From: Candidatus Omnitrophota bacterium
GTDB lineage: Bacteria; Omnitrophota; Gorgyraeia; Gygaellales; Profunditerraquicolaceae
DNA: 64,000 nucleotides
Direction of reading: 5' to 3'
Assembly: GCA_028716965.1 (NCBI GenBank)
Contig: JAQUOV010000001.1
Location: 6,448-70,447 of the forward strand
Shown here in pieces: positions 1-8,628 of the stretch. Under the pieces are notes generated by a model. It had not been told where the DNA came from, ran no database searches, and saw only the letters and a program-made list of their open reading frames with translations. The position numbers and the translations under genes are program-made. Position 1 is the first letter of the stretch; each line of letters opens with the position of its first letter.

Positions 1-1422
1 AAGATACGAAAAAACACCCACCGCGATTACTATAATGGAAAGAGCATAAAATATCTTTCTCTTGCTGATAAAATCAAACTTGGTTTCACCGATAAGTTTG
101 AGCATCGGTAAACTCTTAATCCATCCCAAATTAAGCAATATCTCAAAGATCACCCGGGTAACCACGATAGCGGTAAACATACTTGCCAATAAACCAATGG
201 TCAGTGTAACCGCAAAGCCGCGGATAGGGCCTGTTCCGAACTGGAACAGTAAAAATGCTGCGATTAAAGTAGTAAGATTGGAATCAAATATGGCGCTGAA
301 AGCGCGCGAATACCCGTTGCCAATAGCAGTGCGCAAGCTTCTGCCTAAAGCAATCTCCTCCCTGATACGTTCATTAATTAAAACATTCGCATCTACAGCC
401 ATACCCAGGGATAGCGCGATACCGGCAATGCCCGGCAAGGTCAAAGTTGCCGAAACCCCCGGGAAAAGCGCCGGCAATAAACCTAAACCCCCAAGGATTA
501 TTATAAGGTTTAAAAAAAGCGCAATATCGCTTATAAGACCGGCGAGAAGGTAGTAACCAAGCATAAAAACAAAAACCAATACGCAGCCAACCAGACAAGC
601 CTTAACTCCTTTATTTATAGAATCCTGGCCCAACAGAGGCCCGACTGTTCTCTCCTCCTCAATATGCATGGGAGCAGGCAAGGCCCCAACCCTTAAAATA
701 AGCGCCAAATCCTGCGCTTGCTGCGCGTCGAACCTGCCGGTAATTACTGCCTCGCCCGAAGGAATAGCCTCCCTAATCCGCGGCGCCGATTGCACCTTGC
801 CGTCAAGGACTATTGCCAGGCGCCTGCCTACGCTAGCTGCGGTAATTTCGGAAAATTTCTTGGCTCCGGCAGCATTAAACTTAAGCGAAACAATCGGCTC
901 ATTGAACTGGCTTTGGTCAAAGCGCACCTCTGCATTCGTCAACGCATCGCCTACTAATACCGCTTTCTTCTCAAGTAGAAGCGGTTCATTGTCATCCAAT
1001 GTACGTTTTAGTTCATATCCATCAGGGACCGTTCCTGCCAAGGCATCCTTCAACTTAACCGGATCATCGGAGACAAGCTTGAATTCAAGCATCGCTGTCT
1101 TGCCGATAATATCAATAGCGCGCTCGCGGTCGGTAACTCCGGGTAACTGCACAACAATCTCATCCTCGCCCTGTTTTTGAATGGAAGTTTCTCTGACCCC
1201 AAACTCATCTATACGGTTACGGATCACCTCTACGGCCCGGTCACAGGCGTCAAGTTTGGCCTGGCCCTGAAGATGAGTGGTATCAACCTTAAGCAAAAGG
1301 TGCATCCCGCCCTTTAAATCAAGCCCAAGGTTAATACGCTTATCCAGAGGGAAAGCATAATAAGAGAATAACCCCACAACCCCAAGGATAAGTAATATTT
1401 TATAAATCAGTTTTCTTTCCAT
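1..1422 (-). CDS. secDF: Protein translocase subunit SecD-SecF fusion (3' end beyond window)
   Basis: Reverse-frame translation from the ATG at 1422 gives MERKLIYKILLILGVVG...LDLKGGMHLLLKVD...IEEERTVGPLLGQDSINKGV (SecD hallmarks). The same frame continues without a stop into a SecF-like N-terminus (MLKLIGETKFDFISKRKIFYALSIIVIAVG) and has no stop before position 1. It is absent from the ORF track because it is open-ended. Confidence 0.85.
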   Translation of the reverse strand, partial: MERKLIYKILLILGVVGLFSYYAFPLDKRINLGLDLKGGMHLLLKVDTTHLQGQAKLDACDRAVEVIRNRIDEFGVRETSIQKQGEDEIVVQLPGVTDRERAIDIIGKTAMLEFKLVSDDPVKLKDALAGTVPDGYELKRTLDDNEPLLLEKKAVLVGDALTNAEVRFDQSQFNEPIVSLKFNAAGAKKFSEITAASVGRRLAIVLDGKVQSAPRIREAIPSGEAVITGRFDAQQAQDLALILRVGALPAPMHIEEERTVGPLLGQDSINKGVKACLVGCVLVFVFMLGYYLLAGLISDIALFLNLIIILGGLGLLPALFPGVSATLTLPGIAGIALSLGMAVDANVLINERIREEIALGRSLRTAIGNGYSRAFSAIFDSNLTTLIAAFLLFQFGTGPIRGFAVTLTIGLLASMFTAIVVTRVIFEILLNLGWIKSLPMLKLIGETKFDFISKRKIFYALSIIVIAVGVFSYL

Positions 1423-1553
1423 TTTAATGAGGCTGCAACTTAGCCAACGATAGCAAAACTAAACTGCTTAGCCGGATTAATCCCGACAGCGGCAGATTTT
1501 ATAATAATCTGCACATTAATCCAATATCGGGGACTTCTTGTTTATAATATGTT

Positions 1554-1832
1554 TTACGGTTTTTTAATATAAGCGATATTGTTTTTTTCAATCTCAATCT
1601 TCACATTCTCATCGATGCGTAAGATCAAAGTCCTATCTTTTACGTTAACTACCGTACCGTGTATCCCCCCTAAAGTAACCACCTCGTCATTTTTGCTGAT
1701 ACCGGCAAGCATCTTCTGATGCTCTTTTTCCTTTTGTTTTTGCGGCCGGATGAGCAGAAAATAAAAAATAATAAAAATCAGGGCTAACGGGAAAAGCTGA
1801 ATTAACGGACCTGCTGCGCTCTGTTGTGGCAT
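1554..1832 (-). CDS. yajC: Preprotein translocase subunit YajC
   Basis: 92 aa with a single TM and a YajC-like C-terminus (VVTLGGIHGTVVNVKD..LILRIDENVKIEI); sits next to secDF. Confidence 0.85.
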   Translation of the reverse strand: MPQQSAAGPLIQLFPLALIFIIFYFLLIRPQKQKEKEHQKMLAGISKNDEVVTLGGIHGTVVNVKDRTLILRIDENVKIEIEKNNIAYIKKP

Positions 1833-1844
1833 AATGGGCTCCTT

Positions 1845-2081
1845 TTATTTATCTTTTTTCAATAAATTCTTTACGGTAACTGATAACTGCGCGCCGTTCT
1901 TTACCCAGGCGGCGATACGGTCTTTTTTGAGCACTGCCTGCCCGAAGGTCGGCCTGTAGTAACCTACCTCTTCAATTACACGGCTATCCCGGCCTTTACG
2001 CTCATCAAAAACAGCAACGCGGAAATGCGGTTTGCCCTTGGGATTCTTCCCCGTCCTCTTTAAACGAATATGTACTGCCAT
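1845..2081 (-). CDS. rpsP: 30S ribosomal protein S16
   Basis: MAVHIRLKRTGKNPKGKPHFRVAVFDERKGRDSRVIEEVGYYRP is the canonical S16 N-terminus. Confidence 0.9.
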   Translation of the reverse strand: MAVHIRLKRTGKNPKGKPHFRVAVFDERKGRDSRVIEEVGYYRPTFGQAVLKKDRIAAWVKNGAQLSVTVKNLLKKDK

Positions 2082-2096
2082 TGACCTGCTCCTTTC

Positions 2097-3575
2097 TTAC
2101 CCTCTCAGTGCTTCCATCATAGCCTTGGCTTTGTTCACTGTTTCCTGGTATTCTTTTTCCGGCACGGAGTCAGCGACGATCCCCGCGCCCACCTGCACAT
2201 AAGCAAAACCATCCTTCAGTACTATTGTGCGGATGGCAATGCAAGTATCCATATTATGCGAGAAACTGAAGTAACCTATTGCGCCGGCATATAAGGCACG
2301 CCTTAAATTCTCCAGTTCATCAATAATCTCCATCGCCCGTATCTTGGGGCTGCCTGAAACCGTGCCTGCCGGAAAAGCAGCTTTCAACACATCATAGATA
2401 TCAAACCTTTTTTTGTCAAGTATTGCGCTTACGCCGCTTACAAGATGCATTACATGAGAATATTTCTCCACGCGCATAAAATCATCAACCTTTACCTTGC
2501 CCAGTTTGCTTATACGGCCTAAATCATTCCTTCCTAAATCTACCAGCATCAAGTGTTCTGCCTTTTCTTTTTCGTCAGCTAAAAGCTCTTTTTCTAAACG
2601 GCTATCCTCCTGGCTATTCCTGCCTCTCCTGCGCGTTCCGGCAATAGGCCGGTTCTGTACCAGACCGTTTTCGCAGCGCACGAGCATCTCGGGGCTTGAG
2701 CCTACAATAGAGAAATCTTTTAATTTCAAATAATACATGTAAGGAGAAGGATTAAGACTGCGCAAGGTGCGGTAAATTTCAAATGGTTCCTTTTGCGTCT
2801 TGACCTTAAACCTCTGCGACAATACCGCCTGGATGATATCTCCCTTCTTTATATACTCCTTTGCCTTCTTGACCATATTCATAAATCCCGGCCTCTTAAA
2901 ATTGCAGCTGACAGATAAACTTCCGGGCTTCCTGGCAGTCTTAGCCTGGATAACAAAACGGTCAAAATCATTATGGATTGACTCAATCTTATTGATTGCC
3001 TGCAGGTACAGCTGTTTTTTCTTTAAAACACCCGCCTCTTTCGGCAGGATAACATTATTTACGATCTTTAAGCTGTGGTTAAGCCGGTCAAAAATCAGGA
3101 GCGTATCCGTTAAAATAAAAAGTGTATCGGGGATCTTCAATGTATCCTTATTTTTATCGGGGATCTTTTCAAAGAACCTGACAGTATCGTACCCGATATA
3201 ACCCACAAGCCCGCCGTAAAAACGCGGCAGGCCGGATAATTCTACGCTGCGGAAATCCTGCATTATCTTTTTAATTTCATCCAGGGGGGTACCTTTAGCA
3301 ATAAAACTTCTGGTCTTATTTTTAGCGGTATCGGTAATCTCAATCTTCCTGCCCCTGCTCTTAAAAATCATGCTGGGGTTAGTCCCCAAGAATGAATACC
3401 GCGCGATTTTCTCCTGGCCCTCCACTGATTCCAAAAGAAAAGAATAATCACCCTGTTTGATCTTTAAAAAAGCAGAGACCGGAGTATCCAGATCAGCGTT
3501 AAGCTGCGCATAAACAGGGACTACATTACCTTTTTTCGACAGCCTTATGAATTCTTTAAAATCTGGCTTAATCAT
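2097..3575 (-). CDS. trpE: Anthranilate synthase component I family (TrpE/PabB-like chorismate-utilising enzyme)
   Basis: 492 aa with a chorismate-binding domain (LVDLGRNDLGRI, GAGIVADSVPEKEYQET). No trpG or trpD is adjacent, so PabB is equally possible. Confidence 0.75.
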   Translation of the reverse strand: MIKPDFKEFIRLSKKGNVVPVYAQLNADLDTPVSAFLKIKQGDYSFLLESVEGQEKIARYSFLGTNPSMIFKSRGRKIEITDTAKNKTRSFIAKGTPLDEIKKIMQDFRSVELSGLPRFYGGLVGYIGYDTVRFFEKIPDKNKDTLKIPDTLFILTDTLLIFDRLNHSLKIVNNVILPKEAGVLKKKQLYLQAINKIESIHNDFDRFVIQAKTARKPGSLSVSCNFKRPGFMNMVKKAKEYIKKGDIIQAVLSQRFKVKTQKEPFEIYRTLRSLNPSPYMYYLKLKDFSIVGSSPEMLVRCENGLVQNRPIAGTRRRGRNSQEDSRLEKELLADEKEKAEHLMLVDLGRNDLGRISKLGKVKVDDFMRVEKYSHVMHLVSGVSAILDKKRFDIYDVLKAAFPAGTVSGSPKIRAMEIIDELENLRRALYAGAIGYFSFSHNMDTCIAIRTIVLKDGFAYVQVGAGIVADSVPEKEYQETVNKAKAMMEALRG

Positions 3576-3675
3576 TTGTATATAATCACTTCTAGCAAAA
3601 TCCTTGCTCGCACTTGCTCGCGAGGATAAGTTCGGCCAAATAACTTATGTAGTTTACACTCCATAAGTTATGGCC

Positions 3676-4008
3676 TCACTTAATCTTTCTATAAAAACAT
3701 GACCTGTTACCCGTATGGCAGGCCTTACCCAGCTGCCGCACCTTGATTAAAAGAGCATCCATATCGCAATCATAGGAAATGGATTTGACAAATTGAAAAT
3801 GCCCGCTGGTTAAACCTTTAACCCAATACTCTTTCCTTGAACGCGACCAAAAACAGGTCTTGCCTGACTTTAAAGTCCTGCGCAACGACTCCTGATTCAT
3901 ATAAGCCACCATTAATACCCGGTTATTCTTATAATCCTGGATTATTGCCGGGATCAGCCCGTTTTTATCAAATTTCAAGCTTCCTAATTTAAACTTTACA
4001 ACTTTCAT
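3676..4008 (-). CDS. hisI: Phosphoribosyl-AMP cyclohydrolase
   Basis: 110 aa HisI-like sequence ([16 protein letters not shown]...[20 protein letters not shown]); no HisE domain is fused. Confidence 0.85.
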   Translation of the reverse strand: MKVVKFKLGSLKFDKNGLIPAIIQDYKNNRVLMVAYMNQESLRRTLKSGKTCFWSRSRKEYWVKGLTSGHFQFVKSISYDCDMDALLIKVRQLGKACHTGNRSCFYRKIK

Positions 4009-4080
4009 CCGCGCCTTCCTTTTTGCTTAATTCATTAAATCTCGCGCCTTTGATCGTTGAACATTGAGAAGGTGCGGGAT

Positions 4081-4836
4081 TCATAACCTTACCTTTATCC
4101 CTCTCTGATTTAAATACTCCTTTACCTGTTTTACGGAAAGCCTGCCGTAATGGAAAAGCGAGGCGGCCAAAGCGGCATCCGCACCTGCCTGCGTAAAAAC
4201 ATTATAAAAATCTTCAAGCTTGCCTGCGCCTCCGGAAGCAACCACCGGGATATTCACCTTAGCCGTAATCGCCTTGGTCAACTCCAGGTCATAGCCGTCT
4301 TTTGTGCCGTCATAATCCATGCTCGTCAGGAGTATCTCGCCTGCCCCAAGCCGCCAGACCTTCTCCGCCCAAATCAAGGCATCAATGCCCGTAGGGGTCC
4401 TTCCACCGTTAATAAAAACCTCCCAGAAATCATCCTGTTTCTTTGCGTCAATAGCTACCACAATACACTGGCTGCCGAATCTTTTTGCAGCGCTACTGAT
4501 TAACTCCGGGAATTTTACGGCCTGGGTATTCAGAGAGACCTTCTCCGCTCCGGCATTCAAAATATTGCGGATATCTTCAATCTCGCCTATGCCTCCGCCA
4601 ACCGTAAACGGCATAAAAATATTCCTGGCGATCTCTTCAACCAAAGCCACCAGGGTCTTTCTATTTTCAAAACTGGCGGTAATATCCAAAAAAACCAGTT
4701 CATCGGCGCCTTGGGCATCATATGCCTTGGCTACGCTCACCGGGTCTCCGGCATCACGTAAGCCCAGGAATTTTACGCCTTTTACAACGCGGCCGTCTTT
4801 AATATCCAAACAAGGGATAATGCGCTTGCTCAACAT
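4081..4836 (-). CDS. hisF: Imidazole glycerol phosphate synthase cyclase subunit
   Basis: [23 protein letters not shown]...VVASGGAG matches the HisF TIM-barrel. Confidence 0.9.
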   Translation of the reverse strand: MLSKRIIPCLDIKDGRVVKGVKFLGLRDAGDPVSVAKAYDAQGADELVFLDITASFENRKTLVALVEEIARNIFMPFTVGGGIGEIEDIRNILNAGAEKVSLNTQAVKFPELISSAAKRFGSQCIVVAIDAKKQDDFWEVFINGGRTPTGIDALIWAEKVWRLGAGEILLTSMDYDGTKDGYDLELTKAITAKVNIPVVASGGAGKLEDFYNVFTQAGADAALAASLFHYGRLSVKQVKEYLNQRGIKVRL

Positions 4837-4852
4837 ATAAAACAGTATTATC

Positions 4853-5287
4853 TTACTTAACTTTCTTCTTAAGGTATTCTCTTAAAGCGGCCCAGGTCTT
4901 TTTCCCAACTTTTCCATCAACGGAAAGGTTATTGGCTTTCTGAAAATCCCTTATCGCCTGACGGCTCTGTTTACCCAGTTTGCCATCAATAACCCCCTGA
5001 TAATAGCCGGCATTCTTTAAAGCTGCCTGTATCTGCCTTGCGCTCGGCCGCTCCTTAGCCTCTCCGCTCTTATCTAAACTCTCCATCGGCATTTCGCTGC
5101 TTTTTACTGCAACCTGTTCCGGGATACTTGTTTCTTCGGTTTTAGCGGGCATTTGTGATTCAAGCGCGGAAACCTGATTTCTCAACCCCTGGATTTCCAG
5201 ATCTTTTTTCTTGCCAGCCGTAGAACACCCGCTTAAAGAAATAACAAAAATACCTGCCAACCCCAATAATAACACTCTTTTCCTCAT
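4853..5287 (-). CDS. Lipoprotein with peptidoglycan-binding (PG_binding_1-like) domain
   Basis: Signal peptide plus lipobox (LSGCS) and a C-terminal [51 protein letters not shown] motif. It is inserted between hisA and hisF. Confidence 0.6.
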   Translation of the reverse strand: MRKRVLLLGLAGIFVISLSGCSTAGKKKDLEIQGLRNQVSALESQMPAKTEETSIPEQVAVKSSEMPMESLDKSGEAKERPSARQIQAALKNAGYYQGVIDGKLGKQSRQAIRDFQKANNLSVDGKVGKKTWAALREYLKKKVK

Positions 5288-5298
5288 CTGCCCCCTCC

Positions 5299-6018
5299 TT
5301 AGGTTAACTTCAAAGCCTCAGCCAAAGTAAATTTACCTTCGTACAAAGCCTTACCGACAATCACAGCCGACAAGCCTTTCTTCTGCAGGCTCTTGAGCTT
5401 AATCAAATCTTTTAAAGTCGCCACCCCTCCTGAAGCAATAATATCTAAACCGGTTTTACCAATCAACTCCTTAATCCCGGGAATATTCGGACCAGCCAAA
5501 GCGCCATCCTTAGAGATGTCCGTATAGATAAGCTGTTTAAAACCTACCCCCTTTAATTCTTTAGCAAAATCCAGCACTGTCTTAGAAGATGAGCCCTTCC
5601 ATCCTTGCGTCAAAACCTTCGCTCCCTTGGAATCAATACTGACAATAATCTTTTCTCCAAATTTTTTCCAGGCTTTTCTAAGAAATTGCGCGTCATTGGC
5701 TGCCCGCGTTCCCAAAACTACCCTCTGTACCCCAATATCAAGCAAGCCGGATATTGTATCTATACTCCTTACCCCTCCGCCAAATTCAAGCGGTATGCCT
5801 ACCTGGCTCAAAATATCTTTTAACGCCCTTAAATTCTTAGGCCTTCCGCTTGAGGCCCCATCCAAATCCACAATATGCAGGAATTTCGCTCCCTGCCTTG
5901 CCCAATGTTTAGCCACGTTAGCCGGGTCACTTGAATAAATCTTCTCTTGGTCAAACTTGCCCTGGAAAAGCCTGACCACCTTGCCACCCTTTAAGTCTAT
6001 AGCCGGTATAATCAGCAT
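5299..6018 (-). CDS. hisA: ProFAR isomerase
   Basis: MLIIPAIDLKGGKVVRL...IIASGGV is typical HisA. Confidence 0.9.
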   Translation of the reverse strand: MLIIPAIDLKGGKVVRLFQGKFDQEKIYSSDPANVAKHWARQGAKFLHIVDLDGASSGRPKNLRALKDILSQVGIPLEFGGGVRSIDTISGLLDIGVQRVVLGTRAANDAQFLRKAWKKFGEKIIVSIDSKGAKVLTQGWKGSSSKTVLDFAKELKGVGFKQLIYTDISKDGALAGPNIPGIKELIGKTGLDIIASGGVATLKDLIKLKSLQKKGLSAVIVGKALYEGKFTLAEALKLT

Positions 6019-6626
6019 AGTTCTATAAAATTCTTGATTATCTTAAGCCCAACCGCCTGGCTTTTTTCCGGGTGGAACTGCACCCCGTAAATATTATCCT
6101 TTGCCAGGGCACAAGCAAACTTTACACCATACCCGCATGTTGCAGCGATAGCTGTCTTATCAATAGGCTCAGGATAATAAGAGTGGCAAAAATATACCTG
6201 GTCGTTAGCTTTTATTCCTTTTAATAAAAGGCAGCCGGACAAAAGATCCTCAAGGTTATTCCAACCCATATGAGGTATTTTCTGACCAAGCTTAGAACTG
6301 AATTTAACCACTCGGCCTTTAAGAATACCCAGCCCTTCCTTGCTCTTTGCCTCCTGGCTATCCTCAAACAAAAGCTGCATACCCAGGCAAATTCCCAAGA
6401 ATGGCTTTCCGTTTTTAATCTCTTCTTTAATGACAGAAGATAAACCCAATTTCTCAAGTTCCGCGACTGCGTCATCAAAAGCCCCCACCCCCGGCAAAAC
6501 TATCTTTCCGCAGGAGTTCAATTGGCTCTTCTTGTTTGTGACTATAGGTTTTCCTCCGCAAAGTTCAATAGCTTTGGATACGCTGTGAATATTGCCCATT
6601 CCATAGTCAATGATCGCAATCTTCAT
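6012..6626 (-). CDS. hisH: Imidazole glycerol phosphate synthase glutamine amidotransferase subunit
   Basis: MKIAIIDYGMGNIHSV...GICLGMQLL...VQFHPEKS is a class I GATase. Confidence 0.9.
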   Translation of the reverse strand: MKIAIIDYGMGNIHSVSKAIELCGGKPIVTNKKSQLNSCGKIVLPGVGAFDDAVAELEKLGLSSVIKEEIKNGKPFLGICLGMQLLFEDSQEAKSKEGLGILKGRVVKFSSKLGQKIPHMGWNNLEDLLSGCLLLKGIKANDQVYFCHSYYPEPIDKTAIAATCGYGVKFACALAKDNIYGVQFHPEKSQAVGLKIIKNFIELC

Positions 6627-6673
6627 AAAAATTCAGTAGTTAGTAGATAGCAGGCAGTATCCAGGATAAACAC

Positions 6674-7285
6674 TCAGTCGATAACTCCTTTTGTCGAAGG
6701 GACTCCCTTACGCCGGGGATCTATCTGCGTTGCTTGATCCAGAGCAAGGCCTAAAGCCTTAAATACAGGTTCCAGGCTTGCGTGTAAATCAGGGCTTGGA
6801 TTTTCTATTTTAATATTAATATTTGCCCCCAAGTGCTGAGTCAACGCTTCAAAGAAATGTTCAGCATATCCCATTTCGTATTTTTCTTCGGCTTGCGCCA
6901 GAGGAAGCACAACTGCCTTACCTGATAAATCTAATTTAAAGGAAGGCCTACCACAAATATCAACTGCAACACTAGCTGTTACTCCTTCCATAGGCGCAGA
7001 AGCAAAACCAATCCTCTTAATCCCTATCTTATCACCTAAAGCTTCTTTAAAAGCTTGGCCCAAAACTATCCCCGAATCTTCATTAGCATGATGAATATCA
7101 ACCTTAAAATCTGCTTCCTTAGTAGTAACTTCTAAATCAAAATGCCCCCAGAATGCGAAGAGCTCCAGCATATGGTCCAAAAAACCTATCCCGGAATCAA
7201 TCTTTGATTCTCCTGATCCATCAATATTCAGCCTAACCGTTATATCAGTCTCTTTACTTTTTCGCGTCTTGCTCGCTTCTCTCAT
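6674..7285 (-). CDS. hisB: Imidazoleglycerol-phosphate dehydratase
   Basis: RETKETDI..., DxHH motifs (DHMLE, HHANED). Confidence 0.9.
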   Translation of the reverse strand: MREASKTRKSKETDITVRLNIDGSGESKIDSGIGFLDHMLELFAFWGHFDLEVTTKEADFKVDIHHANEDSGIVLGQAFKEALGDKIGIKRIGFASAPMEGVTASVAVDICGRPSFKLDLSGKAVVLPLAQAEEKYEMGYAEHFFEALTQHLGANINIKIENPSPDLHASLEPVFKALGLALDQATQIDPRRKGVPSTKGVID

Positions 7286-7301
7286 TTTTCTCCTCGCCTA
7301 A

Positions 7302-7326
7302 ATTCTACCTACTACATACTATCTAC
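7302..7326. promoter_or_regulatory. Conserved intergenic motif F copy (hisD-hisB junction)
   Basis: ATTCTACCTACTACATACTATCTAC, 17-41 nt upstream of the hisB start. Confidence 0.35.
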
Positions 7327-7343
7327 TTTCTTTCTACCCTCTA

Positions 7344-8570
7344 TTAAAGGAACCTTGCCTTCACCGAATCCACATGTTTCTGCAACCCCTCAATGCCGGC
7401 AATCTTCTCCAGCGGCTCGCGCATCTTTTCCAGGGCCTTTTTGGAATAGCTGATAATATGGCTGCTTTTCACAAAATCAAACACGCTTAAACCGGAAAAG
7501 AACCTGGCCGTGCCGCATGTCGGCAGTACATGGCTTGGGCCGGCAACATAATCACCTACGGCAGTAGGGCTGTAAGGCCCCAAGAATATTGCCCCGGCAT
7601 TTTTTATATTTTTTACCAGGCAGTTAGGGTTCTGCACCAAAATCTCCAAATGCTCCGGAGCGATCCTGTTGGCAATCTCACAGGCCTGTTTTAAGTTTTT
7701 AGTCAGAATAATATACCCGTTATCAGCATCAAGCTGGGACTTTACTTCTTTAGCCAGGGACTTGGAGTTAGTAATTAATATTGCCAATCCTTTTGCGTGT
7801 TCGACCTGGGCGCGCAGGTCGGCAATGATAAACTTCGGGTCGCTGAAACGATTAGCAATAACTACCAGTTCCGTTGGCCCGGCAATCATATCTATATCAA
7901 TCATGCCAAAAACCTGCCGTTTTGCCTCGCTTACATAAATATTCCCCGGTCCAACGATCTTATCCACCTTGGGGATGGTCTTAGTCCCGTAAGCCAAAGC
8001 CGCCACTGCCTGCGCCCCGCCAACGCGGTAAATTTCATCGACCTTTAAAAGGTCCGCAACTACCAAAATGTGAGGGTTAATATAACCGTTCTTATCCGGG
8101 GGGCTGACGAGGGCGATTTTCTTTACCCCTGCCAGCTTTGCCGGTAAAACCGTCATATACACAGTTGAGACCAGCGGCGCTGTCCCTGCCGGTATATAAA
8201 CACCCACTCTTTCCAGGGGGGTATAATTTTCGCCCAGCACCGTTCCATCTGCTCCTTTGATCCTCCAGGATTTACGCAGCTGTTTACGGTAAAAACGGTT
8301 TACATTTTCTATAACTACTTTAAGTGAACTCACAAAATTCGGGCTGATATTGGCGTATGCCCCGCTGATTTCAATCTCCGATACCTTGAGCTGCCTTGGA
8401 ATCAGTTTTACGCCATCAAACTTCCGGGTATACTTAATTAAAGCCTCATCGCCAAAAAGACGCACATCATCAATGATTTTTCTGACCTTTTCTTCAATAC
8501 GGGTCTTTGGCGTAAGCCCGCGGCTATAAACCTTCTCTAATTGTTTACTGGTCGCCTTAATTATTTTCAT
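7344..8570 (-). CDS. hisD: Histidinol dehydrogenase
   Basis: 408 aa with HisD motifs (GPGNIYV, ...HLEI...). Confidence 0.9.
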   Translation of the reverse strand: MKIIKATSKQLEKVYSRGLTPKTRIEEKVRKIIDDVRLFGDEALIKYTRKFDGVKLIPRQLKVSEIEISGAYANISPNFVSSLKVVIENVNRFYRKQLRKSWRIKGADGTVLGENYTPLERVGVYIPAGTAPLVSTVYMTVLPAKLAGVKKIALVSPPDKNGYINPHILVVADLLKVDEIYRVGGAQAVAALAYGTKTIPKVDKIVGPGNIYVSEAKRQVFGMIDIDMIAGPTELVVIANRFSDPKFIIADLRAQVEHAKGLAILITNSKSLAKEVKSQLDADNGYIILTKNLKQACEIANRIAPEHLEILVQNPNCLVKNIKNAGAIFLGPYSPTAVGDYVAGPSHVLPTCGTARFFSGLSVFDFVKSSHIISYSKKALEKMREPLEKIAGIEGLQKHVDSVKARFL

Positions 8571-8628
8571 CCTATTCTTTTCCCCCGCGCCCCTGCCGGC
8601 AGGTTACCTGATAGATTCTACATATACG

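Noticed and set aside
62-1180. Plus-strand ORFs 62..553, 668..1180 and 718..957, and minus ORF 374..598
   Set aside because: They lie antisense to or out of frame with the clearly conserved SecDF coding frame and have low-complexity, non-protein-like composition. They are artefacts of a long gene on the opposite strand.
8585-8612. CCTGCCGGCAGG palindrome downstream of alaS as a terminator
   Set aside because: No U-rich tract follows on the transcribed strand, and it is only a single short palindrome.
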